Below are positions 51,308-61,074 of a stretch of 64,000 bases of DNA, piece after piece. Numbering within the stretch: position 1 is the stretch's first letter; each line of letters opens with the position of its first letter. A program made the translations under genes and the position numbers. Location of the stretch: contig JACPUC010000019.1 of the NCBI GenBank assembly GCA_016192455.1, positions 124,001 through 188,000 on the forward strand, in the 5' to 3' direction. The notes beneath the pieces were generated by a model that saw nothing but the letters and a program-made list of their open reading frames with translations, made no database searches and had not been told where the DNA came from. Origin of the DNA: Candidatus Tectimicrobiota bacterium. GTDB taxonomy: Bacteria; JACPUC01.

Positions 51308-52624
51308 TTAGGGGGCGGCGACACTGCCCGGCAGCCTCTCCGGCCCCTTCGTGAAGCGAAGCGGCTGCTCAGGCCGCCAGCGGAAGGCCGGGGTCACGCT
51401 CAATGCCAGGAGGATTCCCGCCACGCCGACGAAGCAGGCGGTGTACGCGCCCCAGGCGAACGAGCCGGTGAGATCGCGGATGCGCCCCGTCACCGGCGGC
51501 GCCACCAGCGAGGCCATGAAGTTGATGGTGTTGATGAAGCCGAAGGCGGTGCCGATGGCGCGCTTCGGGAAGAGCTCGGCGACCAGCGCGTAGTAAGGAG
51601 CGAAGATCGACCACATGAGAATACCGGCGACGATGATGAGGGCGACCAGCGGCCCCACGCTCCAGCGTTGCTCCAGGGCCACGCCGAGGAGATACATGAC
51701 GATGACCATGGCGCCGATCTCCGCCGCCATCGTCCCCTTGCGCCCCAGGCCGCGCGCCGCCAGCTTGTCGCTGAGCATGCCGCTCAGCAGCAAGCCGGGC
51801 ACCCCGGCAAGGCCAATGAGGCTGGCATAGACCGAGCTCTGCGTCAGGCCGGTGACGCCGATCTCGGCGAACATGGCCGGCGCCCAGGTGCTGAGCACCC
51901 AGAAGAGGTACATCGAGCAGAACCCGGCCAACGCCAGGCGCCACACCACCCCGCTCGTCAGCACCTTGAGGTAGGAGAAGGCCGCCTCGTCCGCCGCCTG
52001 CCCGCCGCCTCCCCCCGGCGCCCTGGCGGACCCTCCAGCGCCGCTCTCCGCATCGTAGCGGGGCGGCTCGCGCAGGAAGAACCAGATGAAGAACCCCGCC
52101 GCCAGCACTGGCAGCGCGTAGAGCGCGTAGACCAGCCGCCAGCCGAGCGCCGCCGCCAGGGTGCCCGTCAAGGCGATGCCCAGGCCCATGCCCAGCGCCA
52201 TGCCGCAGGTGGTGATCCCCTGCCCCATGCCCATCTTCTCAACCGGCGTGAAATGGCTCGTGATGGGACGATCATTCCCAAAGTAGGTGCCGGTGAAGAG
52301 GCCGCAGAAAAACCGCGCCAAAAAGAGCGTCGCAAACGTGTGCGCCACGCCGGTGAGCACCGAGGTGACGGCAATTCCCGCGGTACCCAGGAGCAGCAGT
52401 CGCTTGCGACCGAAGCGGTCGCCAAGATACCCCGACGGGAGCTGGGCGAAGGTGTAGGCAAAGAAATACGCCGAGGCCAGCCAGCCGGCCATCCAGTAAT
52501 CGAGGTGCAGCTCCTGCTTGATGGACATGAGGAGCGGCGAAATCCCCATGCGCACGATGTAGGCCCACACCCAGGTGAAGACGACAACGCTCCAGACGGT
52601 GTGGTAGTGCCGCCAGCGTGACAT
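51308..52624 (-). CDS. Major facilitator superfamily transporter
   Basis: GYLGDRFGRK motif A, ~12 TM helices, second-half SGMLSDKL. Confidence 0.93.
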   Translation of the reverse strand: MSRWRHYHTVWSVVVFTWVWAYIVRMGISPLLMSIKQELHLDYWMAGWLASAYFFAYTFAQLPSGYLGDRFGRKRLLLLGTAGIAVTSVLTGVAHTFATLFLARFFCGLFTGTYFGNDRPITSHFTPVEKMGMGQGITTCGMALGMGLGIALTGTLAAALGWRLVYALYALPVLAAGFFIWFFLREPPRYDAESGAGGSARAPGGGGGQAADEAAFSYLKVLTSGVVWRLALAGFCSMYLFWVLSTWAPAMFAEIGVTGLTQSSVYASLIGLAGVPGLLLSGMLSDKLAARGLGRKGTMAAEIGAMVIVMYLLGVALEQRWSVGPLVALIIVAGILMWSIFAPYYALVAELFPKRAIGTAFGFINTINFMASLVAPPVTGRIRDLTGSFAWGAYTACFVGVAGILLALSVTPAFRWRPEQPLRFTKGPERLPGSVAAP

Positions 52625-53177
52625 ACGACCTGCTTCCTCCCCGACAGAGGGTCACGTCACGGAGCCGCGGAAGCTGCACGGCTGGCTCGAGCCTCGTCGA
52701 CACCCGGCGTGGTCTTGGGAGATGCCTGAGTGAGGAGCGCGAGATGAGCGGGCGGCGCTCCTCCTCCCTGCCACTCTACCATACCATGCGGCAAGGACAA
52801 ATTCCCAACACCGCACGCAGTCTGGAGTAACCTGCGCAAGTCATGCAGCGCCAACCTCACGGCGCCCTGCCTTGCATATCTGGGAACGAGGCGAAGCTAT
52901 GGGGGTCTCCGTGCCGCGGGAGTTCATGGATCGCCTCAAACAGGGGCAACTCGCCCGCGGCGCGCCCACTTGCAAGGTCCGCGGTCAACGTCCATGGACG
53001 GCGTGTGGGCTGAGCCAGGAGGCACGCGCTGGCGGGGCGTAGGTTAAAGCTGTGGTTTAGAGCTAAAGAAAAACATCAAGATTCTATTTTCAAGTAATTG
53101 ATTTTCATCCAAGAAATGATACGATTGGAAAGTTCTCAGGAACCTTAGGAGAGGTCGGGGAGGAGGTGAAGAGCGCG

Positions 53178-53251
53178 TGGCTGAGGAGGGAGGATTCGAA
53201 CCTCCGTAGCCAGATCCAGAGTCTGGTGTCCTGCCGCTAGACGACTCCTCA
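53178..53251 (-). tRNA. tRNA-Gln (CTG)
   Basis: TGAGGAGTCGTCTAGCGG...CCAGA-CTCTGGA-TCTGG...GGTTCGAATCC...GCCA; 74 nt. Confidence 0.95.
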
Positions 53252-53472
53252 GCAGCGCAGGTATGACGTATACCGCTCCCGCAGCGGGCTGTCAAGGCAG
53301 GCCCGGGGCGGGGCCGAGGTGCCGGCTGCGGCGCCGCATGCTATGCTGCACGTGGGCCGCCGCGCGGTGTCGCCGGGCATCCGCGGCGGCGCGTTTCCGT
53401 CAGCGCGGCGCCGGCCGCCCGGCCGCGGCCTGCCGTCGGACCAGGCGGCGGGGGAGAGAGGAGAGGCGCCCC

Positions 53473-54150
53473 ATGAAGGGCACCATGGTGAACATGCTCG
53501 CGGTCGTCGTGGGCAGCCTGCTCGGCCTGGCCGTCGGCAGCAAGCTCCCCGAGCGCCTGCGCCGGCTCCTCCTGCAGGTGCTTGGGCTCGGCACCCTTTT
53601 CCTCGGCTTCGATATGGGGACGAAGACCCAGCATTTCATGATCGTGCTCGGCTCGCTGCTCTGCGGCGGCATCGTCGGCGAGATCCTGAACTTCGAGCGC
53701 CGCCTCGAAGCTCTCGGGCAGTGGCTGCAGGCGCGCACCGGCTCCAGCTCCGGCACCTTTGTGGCCGGCTTCGTCACCGCCAGCCTGGTGTACTGCATCG
53801 GCGCCCTCACCATCGTCGGCTCCATCCAGGAAGGCATCAGCGGCGACCCTACCCTGCTCTACACGAAATCGCTCCTCGACGGCGCCGCCTCCGTGGCCTT
53901 CGCGGCCAGCCTTGGGCTTGGGGTCGCCTTCGCCGCCCTGACGGTTCTGGTGGTGCAGGGGCTGCTGACGCTGCTGGGAGCGCAGCTCCAATTCCTCCTC
54001 AACCCCGCCGTCCTAAACGAGCTGACCGCCACCGGCGGTCTCATGGTCGTGGGGGTCGGCCTTCTCCTTCTCGACGTCGTGCGCATCCCCGTTGCTAATC
54101 TCCTGCCGGCGCTGGTCTTCGCCGTCGTTTTCACCCTGCTCTTCACCTGA
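53473..54150 (+). CDS. DUF554 family membrane protein
   Basis: GT.VN, GFVTASLVYCIGALTIVGSIQEG, KSLLDG, NLLPAL motifs. Confidence 0.88.
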   Translation: MKGTMVNMLAVVVGSLLGLAVGSKLPERLRRLLLQVLGLGTLFLGFDMGTKTQHFMIVLGSLLCGGIVGEILNFERRLEALGQWLQARTGSSSGTFVAGFVTASLVYCIGALTIVGSIQEGISGDPTLLYTKSLLDGAASVAFAASLGLGVAFAALTVLVVQGLLTLLGAQLQFLLNPAVLNELTATGGLMVVGVGLLLLDVVRIPVANLLPALVFAVVFTLLFT

Positions 54151-54315
54151 CCATCGCCTGCCGACGACGAGGGACGTTCCTGCTGGGCCTTGTTTCCTCG
54201 CCTGCGCGACAGCGTAATTCGGCGCCGCGGCCGCCTTCTTGCGGCCTCTACCCTGTCCCCTTGCCTGCCGGGCGCCTCAACGAAGCAGCGACCGCCCCTC
54301 CAGCGGTGAAGAAAC

Positions 54316-54343
54316 TTGACTGAGCTGGGGGGGCTCCTATACT
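54316..54343 (+). promoter_or_regulatory. Putative promoter of the GNAT/MshA-like cluster
   Basis: TTGACT-N16-TATACT. Confidence 0.5.
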
Positions 54344-54448
54344 TGTGACGGAGCTTCAGCGATCACGCAGCAGCCATGCTCCTGCGCGACTGTTGCACGG
54401 CAAACGAGAGAGGACTCTATTTAGAGACTTCACATCCGGTCGCCCTTC

Positions 54449-55012
54449 ATGAACGTTCCCATGCGGCGATTTCTGTTTTCGCGTGTGCGCTTGGTGCTCT
54501 ATGATGTTGACCTGGCCACGCCACCAAAGCTCCAGGAGGCGCGCCTCGAGGCGCGTTACGATATCCTCAGTGCCGCCACGCCGGAAAAGCATGCCGACCT
54601 CCTCGGCTACCTTGCCGCGCGAACAGTTGAGCAGCGCTTCGAGCGCGGCGAAGACTGTTACGTCGCCCATGTCCACGACAAGGTGGCAGCCTATGGATGG
54701 GTGAGCTACCGCGAAGCCGAGATCGGCGAGCTCAACAAGACGATGGTGGTAAAGCCGCGGGAGGCGTACCTCTACGATTTCGTCACGCGCCCGGAGTTTC
54801 GCGGCCAGAATTTCTATCCAGCGCTCTTGGGACGCATCCTGAAAGACCTGGAGAGACGCCGGTATCGCCGCGTGTACATCTTCGTCCTGCGCGAGAATGC
54901 AGCCTCGCGGCGTGGCGTGAGCAAGGCTGGTTTCCGCCAATTCCAGGTCGTCACCTGCCTGAAGATTCTGGGGTTCCGGTTCTACCTTGGCATGCCTGCG
55001 TTCTTTCGCTAG
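54449..55012 (+). CDS. GNAT family N-acetyltransferase
   Basis: YLYDFVTRPEFRGQ acyl-CoA motif; ENAASRRGVSKAGF. Confidence 0.85.
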   Translation: MNVPMRRFLFSRVRLVLYDVDLATPPKLQEARLEARYDILSAATPEKHADLLGYLAARTVEQRFERGEDCYVAHVHDKVAAYGWVSYREAEIGELNKTMVVKPREAYLYDFVTRPEFRGQNFYPALLGRILKDLERRRYRRVYIFVLRENAASRRGVSKAGFRQFQVVTCLKILGFRFYLGMPAFFR

Positions 55013-55197
55013 CCACTGCTTGCATGGAGTTTTCCCCTGCTCGTCACAGCGCCTCAGGAAGGCGGGTAGAGAGCCGTCGCCCGGAGGTGCTGCTAGCGGC
55101 CGTCTCGACCCTTGCCGAGGGTGCAGGGGGGGACGGCCTGCGGGCTGCGTGCGGCGCAGCGGCGGGCGGCGCCTTCTCGTGGATCGCGGATGCTCCG

Positions 55198-56223
55198 ATG
55201 AACCTCCAGCTCCTGCGCAGCGAAGAAGAGTTCGTCGCCCTTCGCGAGGAGTGGAACGCACTCGCCCAGCAGGCCGCCACGCGCTCGGTTTTCCTCTCCT
55301 GGGAATGGCAGCACCTCTGGTGGCGGCATTTCGGCTCCGGCGCGCAACTTTGCCTGGTGGGAGCGCGGGACGCGGGCGGGCGTCTGCGCGGCCTGGCGCC
55401 GCTGCAGCAACGGCAGGGGGCCGACGGGCGCGCCGCGCTGCGCTTGCTGGGCGATAACGACATCTCCGATTACCTCGACCTCCTGGTGCGACCCGAGGAT
55501 GCGGCAGCCTTCGCCGAGGCCCTGCTTCCCTACCTGCTGCGAGAGCTCGGCGGCTGGCAGACGCTTGAGCTCGGCTGCCTGCCCGAGGGGGCCAGCGCCC
55601 GGCGGCTGCTGGGGCAGGCCGGGCGCAGCGAGGGGCTGAAGGGCGATGAGGCCGTCGAGACAACGAGCCCGATGCTCTCCCTGCCGGAGAGCTGGGAGGA
55701 GTACCTCGCCGCCCTGCCCTCCAAGACGCGCCACGAGCTGCGCCGCAAGCTGCGCAAGGCCGAGCGCGAGGGGCGCGCGAGCCTGCGCCTCATCCGCGAG
55801 CCCGCGGAGATGCCCCAGGCGCTCGACACCTTCTTCCTCCTCATGCAGAGGAGCCGCCCGGATAAAGCAGCCTTTCTCAATGAGCGCATGCAGCGGTTCT
55901 TCCGCGAAGCGGCGCTCACCCTGTGCGAGCGCGGCTGGCTTGAGCTGGTGGAGCTGCACTCCGGGTCGCTGCCGGTGGCGTCGCTCTATGTCTTCGATTT
56001 CGCCGGCACGCTGCACCTCTATAACTCGGGGTTCGAGCCGGCGCTGACGTCCCTCAGCCCTGGATTGGTCGTCATTGCCTACCACCTGCGCTCGGGCATT
56101 GAACGGGGACGCACCGGCTACGACTTCATGCGCGGCGATGAAGAGTACAAGTACCGCTTCGGCGCCACCGATACCCCGCTTTACCGCGTCTGCCTGGAAC
56201 GGTTGGGCAATCCCTCTCCGTAA
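55198..56223 (+). CDS. CelD/BcsL-like (Acetyltransf_6, Fem-like double GNAT) protein
   Basis: EEWNAL, FLSWEW, GLAPL, SDYLD, SWEEYL, R.ELRRK, YNSGF, SPG, DFMRGDEEYK. Confidence 0.85.
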   Translation: MNLQLLRSEEEFVALREEWNALAQQAATRSVFLSWEWQHLWWRHFGSGAQLCLVGARDAGGRLRGLAPLQQRQGADGRAALRLLGDNDISDYLDLLVRPEDAAAFAEALLPYLLRELGGWQTLELGCLPEGASARRLLGQAGRSEGLKGDEAVETTSPMLSLPESWEEYLAALPSKTRHELRRKLRKAEREGRASLRLIREPAEMPQALDTFFLLMQRSRPDKAAFLNERMQRFFREAALTLCERGWLELVELHSGSLPVASLYVFDFAGTLHLYNSGFEPALTSLSPGLVVIAYHLRSGIERGRTGYDFMRGDEEYKYRFGATDTPLYRVCLERLGNPSP

Positions 56224-56333
56224 CCCGTCACCGACCGGGGGCCGGCGGCGGCGGCGCGATGGCGCGGCGCGGTGGCCGCGGCCTCCCCTTCACCGGGGCT
56301 GGCCCTCACTGTGGAACCTGGAGAGCGTCGGCC

Positions 56334-57629
56334 ATGAAGCGTGTGGCAATGCTCAGCCTGCACACCTCCCCGCTCGCCCCCCTGGGCGGGCGTGAGACAG
56401 GGGGGATGAACGTCTACGTGCGGGAGATCAGCCGCGAGCTCGGCCGACGCGGCTACGCCGTGGACATCTTCACCCGCCTGCAGGACTCCGCCACGCCGCG
56501 CATCCAGGCAGTATCAGAACTTGTGCGGGTGGTGAACCTGGAAGCCGGGCCGCGGCGCCGCTGCGCCAAGGAGCATCTGCGCCGCTACGTCGAGCCATTC
56601 ACCGAGGAGGTGCTGCGCTTTAGCGAGCGACATGCCCTCAGCTATCACCTGGTGCACGGGCATTACTGGCTTTCCGGCCTTGTCGGCCAGGTGCTCAGCG
56701 ACACCTGGCATGTCCCCTTCGTGCAGATGTTCCACACCCTGGCCGCCTTGAAGAATCACGTCGCCCGGGCGACCGGAGAGCGAGAGCCGCAGGAGCGCGA
56801 CCTCGGCGAGCGCCAGGTGATGGCCAGGGCCGATCGCATCGTCGCCGCCACCTATGCCGAAAAGGCCCAGCTCTCGTGGTTCTACGGCGTGCCCGCCGAG
56901 CGCGTCCGCGTCATCCCCTGCGGCGTCGACACGACGCGGTTCAGCCGCGCCGGCATCGCGGCGCAACCGCCGGTGCGCCTGCCGGGAAAGCAGAACCTCC
57001 TGTTTGTCGGGCGGATCGAGCGGATCAAGGGGCTGGAGGTGCTGCTGCGCGCGCTCGCCGAGCTGACCACCCGGCGCGCCGCGGAGCAGGGTGGGGAGGT
57101 GGCGTCTCCCGTGCACCTCGTGCTCATCGGCGGGGAGAGCCAGGCAGGGCCGGGGACAGACTCAGGAGGGCGGATTGCCGAGAAGAGCCGCCTCCTCAGG
57201 TTGGCCTCCTGCCTGGGCATCGCTCATCAGGTGAGCTTCCTTGGACCACAACCGCAGCACCGCTTGCCGGCATACTATGCGGCCGCCGATGTGGTGGTCA
57301 TGCCGTCGTACTACGAATCGTTCGGCCTGGTCGCCCTGGAAGCGCTGGCGTGTGGGACGCCGGTGGTCGCCTCAAAAGTGGGAGGCCTGCCGCATGCCAT
57401 CGAGGATGGCGCCACCGGCTACCTCGTGCCGCCGGGAAATGTGGCGCAGTTGCGCGCCCGGCTCGAGAAACTCCTCGATGATCAGCGGCTGCGGCGGTGC
57501 TTCGGCCTGCGCGGCGCCATGGCGGTCCGCAAGTTCGCCTGGCCGCGCATCGCCCAGCAGGTGCAGGCAACCTACGCCGAACTCGTGGAAGGCCGCAGCG
57601 CGGTCAGCCGCGAATGGACGGTTCCGTAA
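56334..57629 (+). CDS. GT4 glycosyltransferase, MshA (D-inositol-3-phosphate GlcNAc transferase)-like
   Basis: LSLHTSPL...TGGMNVYV, HGHYWLSG, FHTLAALK, VGRIERIKG, PSYYESFGLVALEA. Confidence 0.88.
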   Translation: MKRVAMLSLHTSPLAPLGGRETGGMNVYVREISRELGRRGYAVDIFTRLQDSATPRIQAVSELVRVVNLEAGPRRRCAKEHLRRYVEPFTEEVLRFSERHALSYHLVHGHYWLSGLVGQVLSDTWHVPFVQMFHTLAALKNHVARATGEREPQERDLGERQVMARADRIVAATYAEKAQLSWFYGVPAERVRVIPCGVDTTRFSRAGIAAQPPVRLPGKQNLLFVGRIERIKGLEVLLRALAELTTRRAAEQGGEVASPVHLVLIGGESQAGPGTDSGGRIAEKSRLLRLASCLGIAHQVSFLGPQPQHRLPAYYAAADVVVMPSYYESFGLVALEALACGTPVVASKVGGLPHAIEDGATGYLVPPGNVAQLRARLEKLLDDQRLRRCFGLRGAMAVRKFAWPRIAQQVQATYAELVEGRSAVSREWTVP

Positions 57630-57766
57630 GCCCTCCCGCAATGCCACCCCCATCTTCAGGCGCCTGGCGGTTCCAGCGTCGAAGCCGTAGAGGCAACGGC
57701 CGCACGGCAGGTCGCTGACCGCGGCGCCATGCCCAGGGATCACGACAAGTGAGTACGAGGGATTTT

Positions 57767-58459
57767 ATGAGTCAGTTTCCTGACATCGCACGCGCCATGC
57801 TGGTATTCGCCCATCCCGACGATGCTGATCTCTCGGCGGGCGGCACGGTGGCCAAGTGGACGAGAGCCGGCGTCGAGGTCGCCTACGTGATCTGCACCAG
57901 CGGCCAGCGCGGCAGCAAGGACCCCACCATGACCCCCTCGCGCCTGGCTGAGATTCGTGAGGCCGAACAGCTCGATGTGGCCCGGTACCTGGGGGTGAAG
58001 AAAACGATCTTCTTGCGCCATATGGATGGCGAGCTCGAGGCGACGAAGGCGTTCCGGGGCGAGATCGCCATGCTCATCCGCCGCTACACGCCGGATGTGA
58101 TCGTCACCCACGATCCCTGGATGCTCTACCAGCTCCACCCCGACCATCGCGCCGTCGGCATCACCACCGTGGATGCCGTGGTGGCGGCGCGGGATCACCT
58201 CTACCTGCTCGATCAGGCGGAGATCGGTCTGCCGCCCCATCAACCCAAGGAGCTGCTGTTGGCCCGCGCCGAAAAGCCTGATTACGTGGTGGATATCAGC
58301 GATACGATGGAGCTGAAGATCGAGGCGGTGTCGCGCCACCACAGCCAGCTCGACCATGTGCCAGGCTGGCGGGAGCGCGTGCGGGAGCTGGCGGCCAGCC
58401 GCGGCAGCGCCGAAGGGTTTACCTACGCCGAGACGTACAAGCGCATTCAGTTTCGCTGA
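57767..58459 (+). CDS. PIG-L family N-deacetylase (MshB/BshB/LmbE-like)
   Basis: AHPDD and HPDH metal-binding motifs, CTSG, R..E, VDIS..K..A...H.SQ, YAE. Confidence 0.9.
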   Translation: MSQFPDIARAMLVFAHPDDADLSAGGTVAKWTRAGVEVAYVICTSGQRGSKDPTMTPSRLAEIREAEQLDVARYLGVKKTIFLRHMDGELEATKAFRGEIAMLIRRYTPDVIVTHDPWMLYQLHPDHRAVGITTVDAVVAARDHLYLLDQAEIGLPPHQPKELLLARAEKPDYVVDISDTMELKIEAVSRHHSQLDHVPGWRERVRELAASRGSAEGFTYAETYKRIQFR

Positions 58460-58818
58460 GGAGTGCTCTTCCCCCTCCCGCCGCCGGGGGAGCACAGGAC
58501 GGCGCGGCGGCTCCGACGCGGCGGGGCGCCAGGGAGCCTCGCGGCAGATGGGGTGAAGCGGTTCGCAGCCTGCGGCTGGTTGAGGGATGCGGCGCGCCGC
58601 GGCCGCGGTTCGGGGTGGAGAAAATGCGGCGCCTTCCTTCAACACGCAAGGGGAGCTGAGGACCTCAGCACCCCTCGACGCTACCCCGCTGACGTGACGG
58701 CGGGCGCCGGCGCGGCGCCAAGGCAGCGCGGCGCCTCGCGGTGGGCTGAGGTCCCGCGACCTCTGCGCTCACCCGCGGCCCGGCAGGCAAGCCGGCCGGC
58801 AGAATCAGTCCCACCTGC

Positions 58819-59157
58819 TCAGACTGGCGGTTCGTCCGGCGGCAGGTGAAGCTCTTCGGCCAGGAGCTTTTCAGCCACCTTGCGGCTGTCGACCGCGTAG
58901 GTGCCTGCCTTGATCCTGGCCTTCAGCTCCGCCACCTTCTCGTCGCGCACGTCCGGTGCTGCCAGCGCCAGTTCCCGAACCTGCTGGATCTGCCGTGCCT
59001 GCCCGGAGATCGCCACCGAGTCCCCTTGCGGCGGCACGCCCTCGGTCGGGGGCTTGGACTGTGCCGCTTTCCCCACGTCAACGGTTCGCGAAGCGGCGCT
59101 GGCCAGCCGTGCTGCATCCTTCCTGAAGTCGTTGCCTTCAAGTCCAGAGACACGCAT
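58819..59157 (-). CDS. flgM: Flagellar anti-sigma-28 factor FlgM
   Basis: DSVAIS...PDVRDEKVAELKARIKAGTYAVDSRKVAEKLL; sigma-28 promoter upstream. Confidence 0.9.
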   Translation of the reverse strand: MRVSGLEGNDFRKDAARLASAASRTVDVGKAAQSKPPTEGVPPQGDSVAISGQARQIQQVRELALAAPDVRDEKVAELKARIKAGTYAVDSRKVAEKLLAEELHLPPDEPPV

Positions 59158-59223
59158 CGAGCGTCATCTCCCCTGTCGCATCACCTGCGACGACAGCGAT
59201 CCATACTCTTCCCGTCACCAATC

Positions 59224-59250
59224 ATATCGGACGGCCGCGCCGATACTTTA
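59224..59250 (-). promoter_or_regulatory. Sigma-28 (FliA) promoter for flgM
   Basis: TAAA-N15-TCCGATAT versus consensus TAAA-N15-GCCGATAA. Confidence 0.75.
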
Positions 59251-59607
59251 GCATAAAGTGCGGCTTTCTTGACAGTACCGGGAGACACAGCAAGAGTCGC
59301 GCACGATGTCGCACTGCCTGCCCCTGGTCGATCCCGGCAGGGCGAGCACGTGGTGCGATGCGGCGCCGCGCTCGAGACCTCCGGCGTGGCAGACGAGCGC
59401 ATGCCGGGCCGCCGAACCCGAAAGCCGGCTGGCGGCTCCCTTCACTTACTGAGGCAGCAATTGTCGTACCAACCTCGCCACTCGGCCAGCGACAACCGAC
59501 TATTCGCCCCCTTGCCCCATCACGCTGAGGCGAGCCCCGGAGCCGCACCTGCAGCGGATGCCCCCGCGGACGCCTGGCCAGAAGGCCGCGCCGGCCGCGT
59601 TGCCGCG

Positions 59608-59636
59608 TTGACATCTCCCCGCGACTGCCCTAAGGT
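59608..59636 (+). promoter_or_regulatory. Putative sigma-70 promoter for the zinc-ribbon protein gene
   Basis: TTGACA-N17-TAAGGT. Confidence 0.55.
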
Positions 59637-59781
59637 TCTCTATGCAGAGGGGAAAAAGGTGCGGGCACGAACTTTGCTCGCCGAAGGTGGAGTGGCGGAG
59701 GCGTGTCCGACCGCGGCGACGGGCAGGAGGTTTTTGCCCGCGCTGTTATGAAACCACCGTACTCCTGGGCATGCGCGCACC

Positions 59782-61074
59782 ATGAAGTGTCCGAAATGCG
59801 GCTATGTGAGCTTCAACTATCTCGATGCGTGCAAGAAGTGTGGCACGGATTTAGTCAGCTTCAAGCATGAGAAGCACCTCGACCTGCCGGCTCCTAGACA
59901 CCTGAACATCGTGCTCGGTCCCGGCGGCCTGAACGGCGCGCGGCTGCACATGGACCAGGAGGATGCCGAGAGCCTCCTGACAGCCGACGAGGTGCTCGAG
60001 GATGAGGCGGAGGCCGCGCCGGCAGCAGACGCGGAGGGGGAGGAACACGAAATCGGCGCTGCCCCGCCCAGCGCGCCCTCTGGAAGAGGCCCTGCCGTTG
60101 AGGACGAGATCGATCTGCCTCTGCGGCCCGCTCCCGAGCCGCCGGAGGCGGCCGAGCAGGCGGAGCTTGAGGAGGCCCTGCGAATACCCCCATTTGCGGC
60201 AGAGGAGGAACCGCTGCTCGAACCGGTCGAGCTTCCACCGTCGCTCGACCGGCGAGGCAGGCCGGTAACGGACGAGCCGGAGCCTACTGGTGAACCCCTG
60301 GGACGCGCCGAGGGCGCCCTGGCCGAAGAGGAGGCCTTGGAAGAGATTGAGTTCGAACCCGCCCATTCGGCCGTGGATGAGACCTCCATCACGCAAACCC
60401 CGGAACCTCCGCCGATGCAGTCCGACCCGCGCCTGGTGGAGGAGCTCGACTTTGATCTGACGGGGATGACCAACCTTGCGGAGTCCGACCGGCGCGGGGC
60501 TGCCGAGGCCCCCCCCTCACCGCTGACCGAGAGCGGCGAACTGGAAGAGATCACCTTCGAGTCGAGCGCGGGATTAGGACGCGGTGCGGAAAAAGTTGCC
60601 TCACCACCCCCCGCGCCACCCGAGCCTCGGGTTCCCGGCTCCCGGAGCGAAGACGCTGCGAGGGAGCGTCCTGCGCAGAGCGGACGCCGCGCCCCGGCGG
60701 GTGTCGGCAAAGCCAGCAAAGGTGAGAAGGGCGCCGCCCCGTTCGCCGCCCCTGCTCTCCCGCCGCCACCGGCGCGGGATCGGTTGCGCCAGGCAGAGCG
60801 TGCGCACCCCCCCGCCGCGGATGAAGAGGTCGTCCTCGACACCGACATCGAGCCGCCGCACGGCGGCGACGCACCACGCCCTGCAACGTCCGAAGAAGAT
60901 GAGGCCCCGCTTGATGCCGACCTGGAGCTGCAATTCCTCCCCGACGAGATGGGTGCCTCCGAGTCCGGCGCGGAGGCAGGGCGGCGAGCGGCCGGGGGCG
61001 AGAGCAAAGTGGACGAGCCTGAGAAGCTGCTGGAGGAGTTTGACCTATCATTTGAGGACGAGGAGGAACGCTAG
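59782..61074 (+). CDS. Hypothetical protein: N-terminal zinc ribbon followed by long acidic Pro/Ala/Glu-rich disordered region
   Basis: MKCPKCG...CKKCG; remainder low complexity and very acidic. Confidence 0.75.
   Translation: MKCPKCGYVSFNYLDACKKCGTDLVSFKHEKHLDLPAPRHLNIVLGPGGLNGARLHMDQEDAESLLTADEVLEDEAEAAPAADAEGEEHEIGAAPPSAPSGRGPAVEDEIDLPLRPAPEPPEAAEQAELEEALRIPPFAAEEEPLLEPVELPPSLDRRGRPVTDEPEPTGEPLGRAEGALAEEEALEEIEFEPAHSAVDETSITQTPEPPPMQSDPRLVEELDFDLTGMTNLAESDRRGAAEAPPSPLTESGELEEITFESSAGLGRGAEKVASPPPAPPEPRVPGSRSEDAARERPAQSGRRAPAGVGKASKGEKGAAPFAAPALPPPPARDRLRQAERAHPPAADEEVVLDTDIEPPHGGDAPRPATSEEDEAPLDADLELQFLPDEMGASESGAEAGRRAAGGESKVDEPEKLLEEFDLSFEDEEER

Noticed and set aside
52899-53042. 47-aa plus-strand ORF MGVSVPREFMDRL...
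   Set aside because: Weak RBS, no recognisable features; not supportable without homologues
51204-53177. tRNA-anchored genomic island or prophage
   Set aside because: No integrase and no duplicated tRNA 3' end seen; MFS gene has host-like GC
9495-59636. Recurrent TAAGGT -10 hexamer (9495, 39084, 59631) as evidence for an alternative sigma factor
   Set aside because: All fit TTGACA-like-N17-TAnnnT; other promoters use TAGAGT, TATACT or TATATT, consistent with one degenerate housekeeping consensus
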